From Podarcis melisellensis (lineage: Eukaryota), in assembly GCA_964234715.1 (NCBI GenBank), contig OZ174280.1: 64,000 nucleotides of DNA; one strand, 5' to 3'. Position 1 is the first letter of the stretch, and every line of letters begins with the position of its first letter. Below are positions 11,361-23,888 of the stretch, in pieces. Under the pieces are notes generated by a model that made no database searches, was not told where the DNA came from, and worked only from the letters and a program-made list of their open reading frames with translations. The position numbers and the translations under genes are program-made.

Positions 11361-14231
11361 CTAAATGTCCCTACTTCTGCTAGAATTTAAAGACACTTAT
11401 AAATCTGGAGAATGTGTTAGGCCTCTTTTAATATTTATGTCTTCTGGTGGCTTAAAAAATAAAAACCTCAGCTGCTAAAAGGGGTGGGGTGGGAGATATC
11501 CACACAACTCCTCTGCCAAGAAGTGGGGGCAGCGGGAGAGAGATATTCTATTATTGATTAAGAGAATGTTCTTTGAAGGCCACAAATAAGAGATATTGGC
11601 AAAAATATTGTGAATTTGCTACATTGCATTCTGTCAGTGTGCCGACTAGGACACACTGTTACTAGATGACATTAGTAACAAGCCATCTCCAATTATATTG
11701 AAATCCCAGCCAGAGGGCTTAAAGATGGATGGTCTACCACCACAAACCAAGGTATTGTTCCTTTGTGAAGAGTCCCACTGAAAACACTGTGTTCTTGCAC
11801 CTCCTTAAGAAACACAGTGTTCCTTAAATAAACATCTGGTCTGGGAGATAATAGAATGAAACAGAAATTCAGTGATTTTAACTGTCTTTTTGCCAGACCA
11901 CCAGCAGATATTTGCAGCCTCAAACAACAATAGACAAATGTATGAGGGGGGGGTGTCATTCCCTTTTCTTAGATAATGACGATATGGTCATGTATGATCT
12001 TTATTTGGCTTTTGATTTGGAGGTTAGGCTTTGTCACTATCAAGTCAAGTTTGAAAGAGCTGAGTTGTTCGCCGTTTTCATCTGCATGATTTCTGGCACG
12101 GTAAATCTAAAGGAAACGTCAAAGCTTTCATTCTAACCCACGCAGACACAATTCAATGGCTACCTGATGAATCTGGAGACATGAATACGTATGCGTGCCC
12201 CTTCTTTACAGCCTTGATACAGTCCCCCTTGAAATGAAAAGTCTCCTACTGATTTCAGTGGCCTTTGGAATCAAGTCCAAATATTAAGCTGGTATTATTA
12301 TGCATAATGCTGTTGAGGGCTCAATTATGTCCCTTGTGTGGTGAGGCAAAGCTGGCAGGGAATGGAGGAACCTCCCGAGGCCTTCTATTAAGAAGTATTG
12401 TGTCTTTTCAAAAGATAATTCCTCCATATTTGGAAAGTTAGCAAGATCACTGGAGTGAAATGCAAAGCCAACCCCCCCCCCCAAAAAAAAACCCTTCTAC
12501 CAAAAGAAGTACAACTATTATCACTGCAGAATCTTGTTCAAGGGAAGTTGCAGGGGGGAGAGAGTTACTACCCAACTTCTAGATACTTTAACAAAGCTGA
12601 TAGCAAGTTCCCCTCCTCTGAAAAGAAAAGTTATGCACTGAGACTAGGCTGTGTGTGCTGCTAGATGTTGCAATGGTGGAAACTGATGTTTCCTCCAAGA
12701 TGGCGTACTGTACATCAGAAAACGACAGCCCATTACTACATGTTTTAAGCCATCTTGTGCAGTGGAACTCCCATATCCCTCCACAAATCTCTTCTAGGGG
12801 TCCAACTCTCTGTGGGAGATCTGGGGAGGGGGCAGAGTGCCAGTTGGCAGAAAGGAGAGAAAGTCCCATTGCATAAGCATAAGTCCTTGTGCTAACAGGA
12901 CACATTCATTGGATACCTTCTGAGGGCTCTAATCTCTGTGGTGTAAAAATGGCAGATGCACCTGTTCAAATTCCCTGTGAAATTCAGCACCACTTGCTGA
13001 AATTCCTTCTTCCTTAAATATATGAATCCCTGTGGACCCAACAAAAGAACCATCTGGATGCCTGGATTCTGAACATGGGGCTTGCACACAGAGAGCCCCA
13101 GCAGCAGAATATTAAACTCACAAAAATAAGCAACATAGCAAAAACATTAGGAATATAGGTTGTTAGACCTTTCTTCTCCTGTTCAGCTGCACACAGCAGC
13201 AGACCTCTTTCTACCTCTCTTGCAATGAGCAGACTACATACTGTTAAGTTTAAAATGCTTTACTTACAGATTCAAGGTCTCAGGCATGCATTGTTCCATG
13301 TAGCAGCAAGGACAATACAGGCAAAATGCTCTGGCATAGAAAGTACAAAATATAATTCAAAACATGTGCTGTAAGCTTGGGAGCAGGTTCACACATGTCC
13401 TCCTTTGTTGATTACATGATGCAGAAAGAGAAAGAGAATGGAAGTAAAGGGGCTTCACTTCCTTCCTCTCTGTAGAAGAAGCGGCATGATCTAGCTGAAT
13501 CCATCTAGCAAAACAACTCTGCGGTCCATTACCCCTTCATGCTTGCTAGTTGTATTTCACAGCAATCTCTCACATTCCACAGGTGTCTTCATAGCAGAGG
13601 AGCCCTGACCACTTTTCCATGTTGTAAGCACCTCCTTTTTAGTTCTATGGAAGTAGACTGAGCTTTGTAAAATTCAGGATTGTTCTTCAGTTGTCATGAA
13701 CAACTGAGAGGAATGCTTCCCCAAGAGCCAGGACTAGTCCCAGATGGGAATAGTATTCAATGCACATTTTAGCCCATTCCAGATGTTTGATGCAAAGTTG
13801 CATTCATGATCTATCCCTGTCAATACAAGACAATTAATTTGTATACATGGATCTGATCACACTTATTATCCATGAATTGTTGGCAGAGATTAATACACAA
13901 ATAATGTGTGGAAGTTCAGACGTACTGTTTGTTTTGATCATATGCTGAGTGATTTTTTCTTTTGGTGCAATTGATGGCCCTTAGCAAAATAAAAGAGGTT
14001 TAATTTGATCATTACTTACTCACTGATCATGCTTACTCATGTGCACACTGTATACTGAAGGGAAACTGGTGTTGTAAATTTTGCCATGAATAAATAAGAA
14101 ATGCCTGTTAACTTGATGCAGGTCGTGCAGGTTAGTTGCCTGCTACTTTACCAAGTGAAGATGGACTTCTTGTACTATGTCTCGACTCTTGCTTCTTTCC
14201 CTCCTTGTCCAGAACAGGAATTCCACCCAGG

Positions 14232-14538
14232 CAGGGCCAACCCAAGGCATTTTGCTGTCTGAGTCAAATAATAAGACTGTGTTTCCTTTCCCTCGCCCTC
14301 ATTCCATGTACCAAAGCCAACTGGCCTGGTAATTTGCTTTTACTTCATCTCAAGTAATGGGATAGCAGCCTCCACACCCAAGCACAGCAAGTTAGCTCAG
14401 GGGCTTCAGGGCAAGCTGTAGAGCATCCACAGCTCTGTTCTCCACCACTTTGTCACTGCTGCTGTTCTCTGCCACTACCCCCAGCATCTACTGCCTGAAG
14501 CAGCTACTTCACTTTGCCTAATGGTAGGGACAGTCCTG
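14232..14538. mobile_element. Degenerate hAT (Tip100-like) MITE
   Basis: Termini CAGGGCCAACCC and GGGACAGTCCTG are imperfect TIRs of the CAGGGCC type. Confidence 0.55.
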
Positions 14539-14831
14539 TATCCATTTTAGGAATTCATTTCTATAGTGTGTGCAATTGAGTGCAAATATTTTCTATGATG
14601 CTTGTTCTCTCTGGCTATGAACTCCATACCCAACAGGACTTTCATATAGTTCTTAATGATTATGCTGATGTCTCAGCCCCTGCAAACAAAATTGGGACCA
14701 GCATTTGGTCTTCCTTTTGGAGATTAATGCTTCTTTCCCATGCACATGTATTTGGTAGTAGGCCCAGGTGAACACAGTGTGACTTGCTTCCAAATAATCA
14801 TGCATAGGATCCGCCTATAATCGGTCTATAT

Positions 14832-14967
14832 CAGTGTTCCCCAACCTTAGGTCTCCAGCTGTTTTTGGACTACAACTCCCATCATCCCTCGCTAGCAAGA
14901 CCAGTGGTCAAGGATGATGGGAATTGTAGTCCAAAAACAGCTGGAGGCCCAAGGTTGGGGAACACTG
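14832..14967. mobile_element. hAT (Charlie-type) palindromic MITE
   Basis: TIRs CAGTGTTCCCCAACCTT and AAGGTTGGGGAACACTG. The whole element is near-palindromic, with a perfect 8-bp TSD GTCTATAT (14824-14831 and 14968-14975). Confidence 0.95.
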
Positions 14968-16384
14968 GTCTATATGACTACAATCCTGAGCACTCTTCTT
15001 TGGATGTAAGCACCCCAATAGACTTGTATCTGAAATCAGATGACATAAGACCAAGCAATCAGACAGTGAAGGAAAAGTAGTTCTGAATAATGTTTATTCT
15101 CTCCTTTGCCAACACTGGTTACTAATAATTCTTCATTCTAAAATGTATTTTAGTGGCCCCAAGGTAAGTCTGAATACAAAAGTTAGTGATTTGAATGTGA
15201 ATAATTTTGTTTATTTCCACTGATATTTGTTCATCAGTGGCTTGACTGTATTGATTATGATTTTGTATTCTAACGAATTGCTCACATATATTTAACACAA
15301 GAGTTGCTTCCTGACATATATATGATTTTTCACCCATTTCCACTCATCCTCCAAAAATAGTGTCTACCAGAGTTCCAGATCACATCTTATAGCACACATC
15401 TGTTTGTGGGGTAGCTTTCTTCACATGTTATAATGAACACGTATAGCTTAGGGGAGAATCCTGATATTTTCTCCTTTGCTTACATCTGTTTATTTTTACC
15501 TGGGTCAGCATCTAAAAAAGAAAAGAAAAAAGATTTATGGTATGTGTTGCTGTGAATGTGTGAGTATAGCATCTCAGGAGCATCAACGTCACTTTCTGAA
15601 AGTCCTTCTGGTTGATAGATAGCTTGGTCAGTAATGCCAGGAAAGAAAGCTGGCTTGTGTATGCTGGAAATATGAATCTCACTTCCCTTGACGATTTGAG
15701 AAGCTTGGGGCAACTCTTTAGGATATACGTCTCTCCTTGGCTAATGTGAAGAATAAATCTTGCAGTCAGTCCTTCCCCAACAAACAGACCTTGGAGACAC
15801 TGTTAATTCAAACCTGGCCTTGTGACTACAGAGACAAAATAAAGCACCCCATGCTCCTTAAAGTCTGCTTTATGGAAAAGCTGAAAGGGGCTAGCAATTA
15901 TTTTAAATTGCTCTTTTTTATTCTCCCTGTCTTGGAATCCTGCATCATTCTGATGCAGTATATCTGAGTTCTAAAGGCTAGTGGGATTTTAGTTTGGTTT
16001 TAATTTTTTGCAGCTCATGAAGAGGAATCTGTTTGCAAAGCCTGATTTGTTCTGCTCTGGGGACACACAGCAGCTAGACTGGCTCAATATCTGGCAGTAG
16101 CATGCATCTGGCTCCTTAGAGCAGGGAAAGAAGACAGGTTGATAACCAGAGCTCTGCAGATTTTGCTCCCCATTGCAGGGCTGCTTCACCTGTCCTGTGG
16201 CTTGTTAGCAGTGCCTGGTACTCCTTTGCACTCAAAAAGGAGCACCAGCAGCTCTGCTGATACCTCATTAGAACAAAAGAATTGAACTTATGCACCACCT
16301 CCTTTAGAAATCTACTCTTAGGGTGAAGACAGGCACGGAACTTAAAGACCAGTCACAAAAGTGCTACTGTGCTCATCTGTTGCT

Positions 16385-16490
16385 TGTAGGCATCCCATAG
16401 GCAGCTGGTTGGCCACTGTGGTAAACGGAATGATGGGTTAATTTGACCTTTACTCTGAATCAGAACAGGCTCTTCATATGTTTATATGTT
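16385..16490 (+). mobile_element. CR1 3'-tail fragment (similar relic at 34480-34550)
   Basis: GGCAGCTGGTTGGCCACTGTG...GGCTCTTCATATGTT, as in squamate CR1 3' ends. Confidence 0.6.
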
Positions 16491-16639
16491 CTCCAAAGAG
16501 TCTTTATTTGTGGTGTAAGGCAGTTTTGCAATTTTGCTCTCCTGCTCTCCTTCTCATGTTGTATCCATAGAACTGCTGCCTCTCTTCTCTAGACCTTTTT
16601 ACGTAGAGTAAAAATGAATCCCAGACAATGCTGTTGTCT

Positions 16640-17010
16640 ACCTAACCCAAATGAGCCTGTCAACATGGTCCTCAGGGAAGGCCTTGCACACATCCATTGC
16701 CATTTCATATGTGTGGCATGGGAAGAATGGGGGCCTTCATGGTAGTGGCACCCAAGCTGAGGAATTCTGTGTAATACAAGCTGTCCCAGAATATTTCACT
16801 TTTCTCCCTGCTATGCAGTAACAGGTAAAAACTATGCTTTTCAAGTGTGTATTAGCTTAGGCTATTAATCTCAGTGACCTAAGCATTTGGTCTCGATAGA
16901 CTCTAAATTTATACTGTGTTGAGGGAGGTTGTTTCATCTGCTTGGTTTTAAATGTGTTTTATAGCATCTTTGAAGGTCTATTTGGAGATGGAAAGGTGAA
17001 GTATAATGAT
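16640..17010 (+). mobile_element. Old L2 3' fragment
   Basis: GGGCCTTCATGGTAGTGGCACCCAAGCTGAGGAATTC resembles the L2 RAFSVVAPxLWNS motif and is followed by a T-rich UTR. Confidence 0.5.
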
Positions 17011-17944
17011 CTTAATACAGAAAGAAAACTTACATGCATGCACACCAGCAAGCTGAATTCCCAATAAGCCTTCCATTTTGTTTCATCCCTTCTGCATTTT
17101 TGGGTGGCCTGCCTCTTTTTCTCCCAGATTGGCACAAATAGACATATTCACAAAATCCACAAACCATTTAGAAATAGATTCTAAAACTATTCCAGGGATT
17201 GAGGGAGCCGGAATAGGTGTGTTGTTGTCATGAGAAGCTAGATGGCATGTACTTCAGCCAATAATTTCTCCCATCCAACTGCACCCACAGAGCCATTCGT
17301 ATTTTTATTTTGCTAGTGCTTGCCTCAGAGTAGAACAATATAGGTGCTATCAAAAATAGAGGTGCAGCAATGGTGGTGCTATCAAACTGTCTCTGCCATT
17401 CTTTAAAATGTTATGTTTTCTTTTACCCTTAAAGATACTGTAGCTCTTGATTGATTGAGAAATGGCAAACCTACTGACCTCTGGGAAGTCAAACATATCT
17501 CTCGTATCCTCGCTTTAAAGAATCCCTACTTGGAGGTGGCTCCCTCTTTTCAATGACTTATAAGACGCATATGAAGAAAGCTGATCATAAACATTTGCAT
17601 TAAGGGAATATATTAATATTGGTGAATCCGTTTCTCTCTCCGCCTCAACTCCCATGCCTACTTCACTCCTCTATGCTTTGTGAGTTTGTTTTATGTCCTA
17701 GCTATGGATTACATTGCTTAGTGAGAAAATATTAGGAAAGATCCAAAATACCTCTATCCAACTGTAGGCTATCCTAAGTGTAGGCTGTAAGTTTAAGGAG
17801 GCGTTTCAGGACAATGGGATTTGATGGCATGGTGTCACCATAAAGGCAAATCAGATGGAGGCCAATACTTCCTGCCTTCACTCTCAAGTCTTGGTGGGCA
17901 ATAGTACCGGCAATTATTCAGGGATACAATTTCTCACACTATGT

Positions 17945-18193
17945 AGAAGAAGAAGAGGAAGAGTTTGGATTTGATATCCCGCCTTTCACCCCCTTCAGGA
18001 GTCTCAAAGCGGCTAACAATCTCCTTTCCCTTCCTCCCCCACAGCAAACACTCTGTGAGGTGAGTGGGGCTGAGAGACTTCAAAGAAGTGTGACTAGCCC
18101 AAGGTCACCCAGCAGCTGCATGTGGAGGAGCGGAGACGGGAACCCAGTTCCCCAGATTACAAGACTACCGCTCTCAACCACTACACCACACCA
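17945..18193 (-). mobile_element. Squam3-like CORE-SINE
   Basis: Reverse complement of the 9823 family, with the tail appearing as (AGA)n on the + strand. Confidence 0.92.
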
Positions 18194-18347
18194 GGTTTAG
18201 TTTAAAAAGCAAACTAATGAAATCTCCCACCAAGGCCACCATTTTCAGTCAAAAAGGTTCTGAAAAGAACTTTTGACTTGGCATTTGACTTGCCATATCC
18301 ATCTCAAAGAAAAACTGGCATTTGTGTACAGTTAATTTTTAAACACA

Positions 18348-18524
18348 GTTGTTGCTTAGTCGTTTCGTCATGTCTGACTCTTCGTGACCCCATGGACCAG
18401 AGCATGCCAGGCACTCCTGTCTTCCACTGCCTCCCGCAGTTTGGTCAAACTTATGCTGGTAGCTTCCAGAACACTGTCCAACCATCTCGTCCTCTGTCGT
18501 CCCCTTCTCCTTGTGCCCTCAGTA
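18348..18524 (-). mobile_element. Bov-B (RTE clade) LINE 3' end
   Basis: Minus strand reads EGTRRRGRQRTRWLDSVLEATSISLTKLREAVEDRSAWHALVHGVTKSQT, followed by a CAACAAC tail. Confidence 0.93.
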
Positions 18525-20078
18525 TTTACTGAGGGTAAATGCAGTATTTAAACACACTATTTACTGGTTAATACAGCAGGGGATAGCAGCACTTATTGCT
18601 TACATGCCTTTATTGATGCATATTAAAATATTCACAGATATCATCTTGTTAAGGTTTATAACATCTCTGAATAAGGTGATATTCTCACTTCATAAGTGAG
18701 AAACTGTGGTTGAGATTTATAGTGCAACCCTAATGTCGGGGGAGGGACCCAAAGATGGTTGAACCACCTCATACAATGTTCTGCTGGGTTCTCGCCAGCA
18801 GGTATTTCATTGCCATTAATGCTGATGTTTGCGTTTACGGTGTGTGTGTCTGACAACTGAGGATCACACCCACACTCCATGCAGATCAAGAGATGATAAC
18901 TGTTTTGCATTATTTGATTTGATAACTAAACCAACAGCAAGAGGCAGCTTTTTACTGCATCTATTGATTTCAAGCAAAGCTTTGGGGTCGATAAACCGAA
19001 ATCACACTTGGAATAAACTGACAAACACAAATATTGATATAAGACTTTTATTCTTAATTTGAGTGTTTTATACAGAAACGTATCTGAGTGTCCACTATGT
19101 AGATCCCCTGCATATAAGAGCAATGAGCAAGGCTGCCCAATGAATTAAAATTAATTAATGACATAGGGTGACATCCAAAAATGCATCAGATTTCAACTTT
19201 CACCATGACACTGCTTCATTTCAAGACTATGAACCAATCTCAGTGGAGTCTATTACAACCTATTACTGCTGCAAGAGAATTGTCAGAATAGGCAGAAATA
19301 TCCTGATTTTACTTGATTCATAGTAGGAAGAAACCAATAGGGCACTATGATGTCCCACAGCTAGACATTGCAGGGCCTCACCTTCTTCATCTGATACAAC
19401 CTTCTTGCAAAATATCAACATCAGCCAGCCAATCCTCAGCACACTAAGAATAATAGAGCACCATAATCCAGAATCAGGCCATAGGTTTTTAGCATTACAG
19501 CACTGATTTTTATTTTACATCTGGAGGGAGAGAAACATGCAGGAGATGAAATGGCTGAAGGGTTGACAATGTTAAAGGGATTTATTTTATTTTATTTATT
19601 TTGCTAATTACTGGCATTGTCTGTCCTGTGACAGTAATCATTTTGATTCTAATACCATCCCAAGGTGGAATATTAGGTTGGGGTTTTTTTAAGACACCTG
19701 TTCAGGTGTGATACTGCTGGATGCTCACCAATCTTTCGCAGGTCAGGTATGTCACCTGTAGCCTTAGGTCTTGCTTTTCCGTTGCAGCATATCTTACATT
19801 GAAGATAACATATCAATATGAGATAAGACAATGATGAAATATGTTCTGCCTGAAAAGATAATTGTTTGGCTTTGTTTCTCCTTATCCACGGTGTTTCTAC
19901 AAGCACTTTATATTTAAGCTTTCTTCTAGCTTTAGATCATGAGCAAAGAAATTGTTTGGTATATACTATTTTATTAAAACAAATTCCCTGACAGACATCA
20001 GACAAGACCTGTGTTGAAGCTTACATCTTCCTTTAGGTAGGGAGGCACAGGCTTGCACCAGTTATTTTGCACCTTGTA

Positions 20079-20302
20079 CAGTGGTACCTCTGGTTACAAA
20101 CTTAATTCATTCTGGAGGTCTGTTCTTAACCTGAAACCGACCTTAACCTGAGGTACCACTTTAGCTAATGGGGCCTCCCGCTGCCACCGCACCACCTCAT
20201 CCTGAGGTAAAGTTCTTAACCCGAGGTACTACTTCCAGGTTAGCAGAGTCTGTAACCCAAAGTGTTTGTAACCCGAGGTGTTTGTAACTCGAGGTACCAC
20301 TG
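20079..20302. mobile_element. Tc1/mariner (Tigger/pogo-like) MITE
   Basis: TIRs CAGTGGTACCTC and GAGGTACCACTG, with TA on both sides. Confidence 0.93.
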
Positions 20303-20884
20303 TAGCAAACACACACACACACGCAGAATAATACTTATCAAGTCACAATTGTTCATGTTCTTTTAAAGCCAGAAGAAAGATTAATTGTCAAGCACTTTCA
20401 GAATCACCAAGGGAGGGACAGGGGTGAGAAATAAGTAAAAACAGAAGAATTACCTTTTCAGATAGAACATTTTTTTGCTTGTGCACACAATGCATGTAGG
20501 AAAGATCCAAATGTGGAAAAGAAAGAAAGGCAGCAATGCCCATCAACTTTGGGGGACCCAGCCCCCTCAAATATTTTATTCAGGGGGTGAAGGGACCTGG
20601 GCTGCTAGGAGTTGGCACCTATGTTGAGTAGAATTTCTGCAGATGATCTAAGTGAGTTTGTTTCTGAGTAAACATGCCTTGGAGTGAGTTGGATATCTGT
20701 AATGATTTCCATCTGAATGTTGTGACTGCAATATAGAAAGCAGAAGAGAGGCATTTATCAATCAAATGCAAGGTAAGTTTCATTTAACTTACAAATGAAG
20801 TCAACTGAAATGACACTATATGAACACTGCTTATGAAAATACCTCTAGACACCACATATCAGCTGTTTACTTTCAATGTTTCAG

Positions 20885-21413
20885 NNNNNNNNNNNNNNNN
20901 NNNNNNNNNNNNNNNNNNNNNNNNNNNNNNNNNNNNNNNNNNNNNNNNNNNNNNNNNNNNNNNNNNNNNNNNNNNNNNNNNNNNNNNNNNNNNNNNNNNN
21001 NNNNNNNNNNNNNNNNNNNNNNNNNNNNNNNNNNNNNNNNNNNNNNNNNNNNNNNNNNNNNNNNNNNNNNNNNNNNNNNNNNNNNNNNNNNNNNNNNNNN
21101 NNNNNNNNNNNNNNNNNNNNNNNNNNNNNNNNNNNNNNNNNNNNNNNNNNNNNNNNNNNNNNNNNNNNNNNNNNNNNNNNNNNNNNNNNNNNNNNNNNNN
21201 NNNNNNNNNNNNNNNNNNNNNNNNNNNNNNNNNNNNNNNNNNNNNNNNNNNNNNNNNNNNNNNNNNNNNNNNNNNNNNNNNNNNNNNNNNNNNNNNNNNN
21301 NNNNNNNNNNNNNNNNNNNNNNNNNNNNNNNNNNNNNNNNNNNNNNNNNNNNNNNNNNNNNNNNNNNNNNNNNNNNNNNNNNNNNNNNNNNNNNNNNNNN
21401 NNNNNNNNNNNNN
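20885..21413. other. Assembly gap
   Basis: Run of N. Confidence 1.
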
Positions 21414-23214
21414 GGCAGATGTTCAGTTGTGAATTTTGCTTTGATCCCTTTTTACGATTGTTCCATGTTTCTCATTGTAGCTAAGATTTCTGTTTAATTT
21501 GCATGACACTGTAACCACCCAGGCATTTATATTTCAGCTACTGTTGAAGAAATGAATGACTCTTTATACTGTGGGGAATGCCTTTTTAAATAGTGCAATT
21601 TCAGCTTCTGGGGGGGGGGGATCTGCTAATTTGCTTTGTGTGATCTCATTACTACTCACTTTTCTTCTTTTATTTCTTTTTTCTTTGATCAAATCTTAAA
21701 CACAGTTCAAGAGACCTCCCATGAAATGTTAACCTCAGAAGTGTTACTCCCCTTATTTGGACTCATTGAATTTAGATGCCTTGATAGAGTGAAAGAATTA
21801 AACAGTTCCACAGCTGAAACATTTAGTGACATGAACTCCTTTTCACTTATATTACTGAATGATGAATGAGTCATCTTTACTGTATGCTTGGTAATTATTT
21901 TCTTATACTCTTGAACTGAGTGTGAATGGGATACATCTCTTTCATTTCTGCAGGCCATATGCATAAATGCTATGGCAGATCTCCGGAGGCTCATCCCATC
22001 GGGCTCAGCTTACAGAAATGAAGCAAATAAAGAAAGCAGTGAATCCAATGGGGCTTTTTAACAAAGTTATCAGTTTTGCATTTACATCTCTCAATGTATG
22101 ATACAGAGAAGTGCCTACCTCAATCCAAAGGCTATTGCAGAAGCACTCTGAAAAACGTTATATTTGCATGGCAACCAGCTTATTACATTTACATGAACAT
22201 CTGTTGCAGGTTCACTAAAACCCTAAAAGCAGATGGACGTGAAGCGGGGGGGGGGGGACCCTATTAATTAACAAAGCTATATGTTGATTAAATCAGCATG
22301 TGGTTAATTTTAATGATGGCTGATCTTCAGTGGGGTTTGCAAGCAAATGTCGGAGCTGACATGTTGATTGGTCACAAAAGCTAAAACAGAAAAAGTTTCT
22401 TGTTCTGGTAATGATTACGACAGTTCTCTGTAAAGCGCAAAGTCCTGTTGAAGTTAATACTAGCAAGTAATTAACTGGTGAATGTTCCAGGGTCATGACC
22501 ATCATTGCCTTACAACTTGTGGCCTTTAATATAGATATTCATTCCAATAGTTGTTCGTTTCACTAGCAAGGAGCCGTGTCCTATGCTTGTGTCTGCAGAC
22601 ATTTGAATGCTTCAAGGGGTGAGGTGCCCCTCCACACCCAGCTTTGAAAAACATGAGAGTAAAAAAATCCTTTGTGTTCCTTATCTAGTTGTATCTACAC
22701 CAAAATGGTTTAAATGGTTTAAATGACAGACACAAATCTTTATGGCTGAATTAGAAATGGGCAAAGCATGATAAAACAATTAATCATTAATTATTAAGCT
22801 GAACAATTAATTATTCCAATTACATAAGAACAAAAGAAGAAAACAGTAGTGTAACTAAGGGGTGAAAATTGTCAAAACCTTAAACTGCCTCAGCCTTGTG
22901 ACCATACTGGAGTCTGCTCACACTAAAAATTAGTGTCCGTGGCCCACAAGCACATAGGTAGGGGTGCTTGTGGAAGTCATTACATGGGTGGCTTAATTCA
23001 GATGCAGAAAGTTCCAGGTCATCTTATTTTAAAAATTGGCTATAAGTCCCCAGGGAAGGACTAGCCAGATGTGGATGAGAGACAGCTATAAACAAACAAA
23101 CAAACAAACAAACAAATAAGGTGTCCCTGTAATATTTGCTTCATTTACAATCACAGAACACAATTGGAGGGAAAGGGACAGCAGATTCACTATCCCACAT
23201 ATATTCCACAGACG

Positions 23215-23380
23215 GTCACACTCACACTATGCATTTAAAGCACATTTAACACACACTTCACGTGGCTTCCCCACCCCCAGGTGCTGGGAATCATAGCTCT
23301 GTGGTGTGTAAACTAAAGTTTCCAAGGTTATTTAGGGTGAGTCATGTGTTTTAAATGTGCTTTAAATCTACAGTGTGGGT
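23215..23380. mobile_element. Palindromic MITE, same family as the host element at 42012-42385
   Basis: Inverted arms CATTTAAAGCACATTTAACACACA and TGTGTTTTAAATGTGCTTTAAAT. Confidence 0.65.
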
Positions 23381-23483
23381 TTTGAAGACTTTGCACTCCC
23401 TACAGCCAACTCTCGTTTTCTCAGCCTCTGTCATTTCCCAACTGCTTTTATATGTGCTTGCTATCTCTATATCTATCTATCAT

Positions 23484-23613
23484 CAGTGGCGTAGCCTGGG
23501 TTGTCAGCACCCGGGGCAAGGCAAGTAATTTGCGCCCCCTAACCCGTGGATTTGGCCCCCTAACCCTAACCCCCAGATGTTGCGCCCGGTGCGGCCGGGC
23601 CCCCCTGCACCCC
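23484..23613. mobile_element. Young GC-rich hAT (Tip100-like) MITE, left part, truncated by a gap
   Basis: Starts CAGTGGCGTAGC, is CpG-rich with repeated TTGCGCCC motifs, and shows an abrupt composition change from the flank. Confidence 0.7.
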
Positions 23614-23888
23614 NNNNNNNNNNNNNNNNNNNNNNNNNNNNNNNNNNNNNNNNNNNNNNNNNNNNNNNNNNNNNNNNNNNNNNNNNNNNNNNNNNNNNNN
23701 NNNNNNNNNNNNNNNNNNNNNNNNNNNNNNNNNNNNNNNNNNNNNNNNNNNNNNNNNNNNNNNNNNNNNNNNNNNNNNNNNNNNNNNNNNNNNNNNNNNN
23801 NNNNNNNNNNNNNNNNNNNNNNNNNNNNNNNNNNNNNNNNNNNNNNNNNNNNNNNNNNNNNNNNNNNNNNNNNNNNNNNNNNNNNNNN
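23614..23888. other. Assembly gap
   Basis: Run of N. Confidence 1.

Noticed and set aside
13161-13573. Possible solo LTR (TG...CA)
   Set aside because: No TSD and no second copy in the window, so support is too weak.
20820-21497. Long ORFs across N runs (also 912-1267, 23448-24032 and 59611-59923)
   Set aside because: Artefacts of translating assembly gaps.
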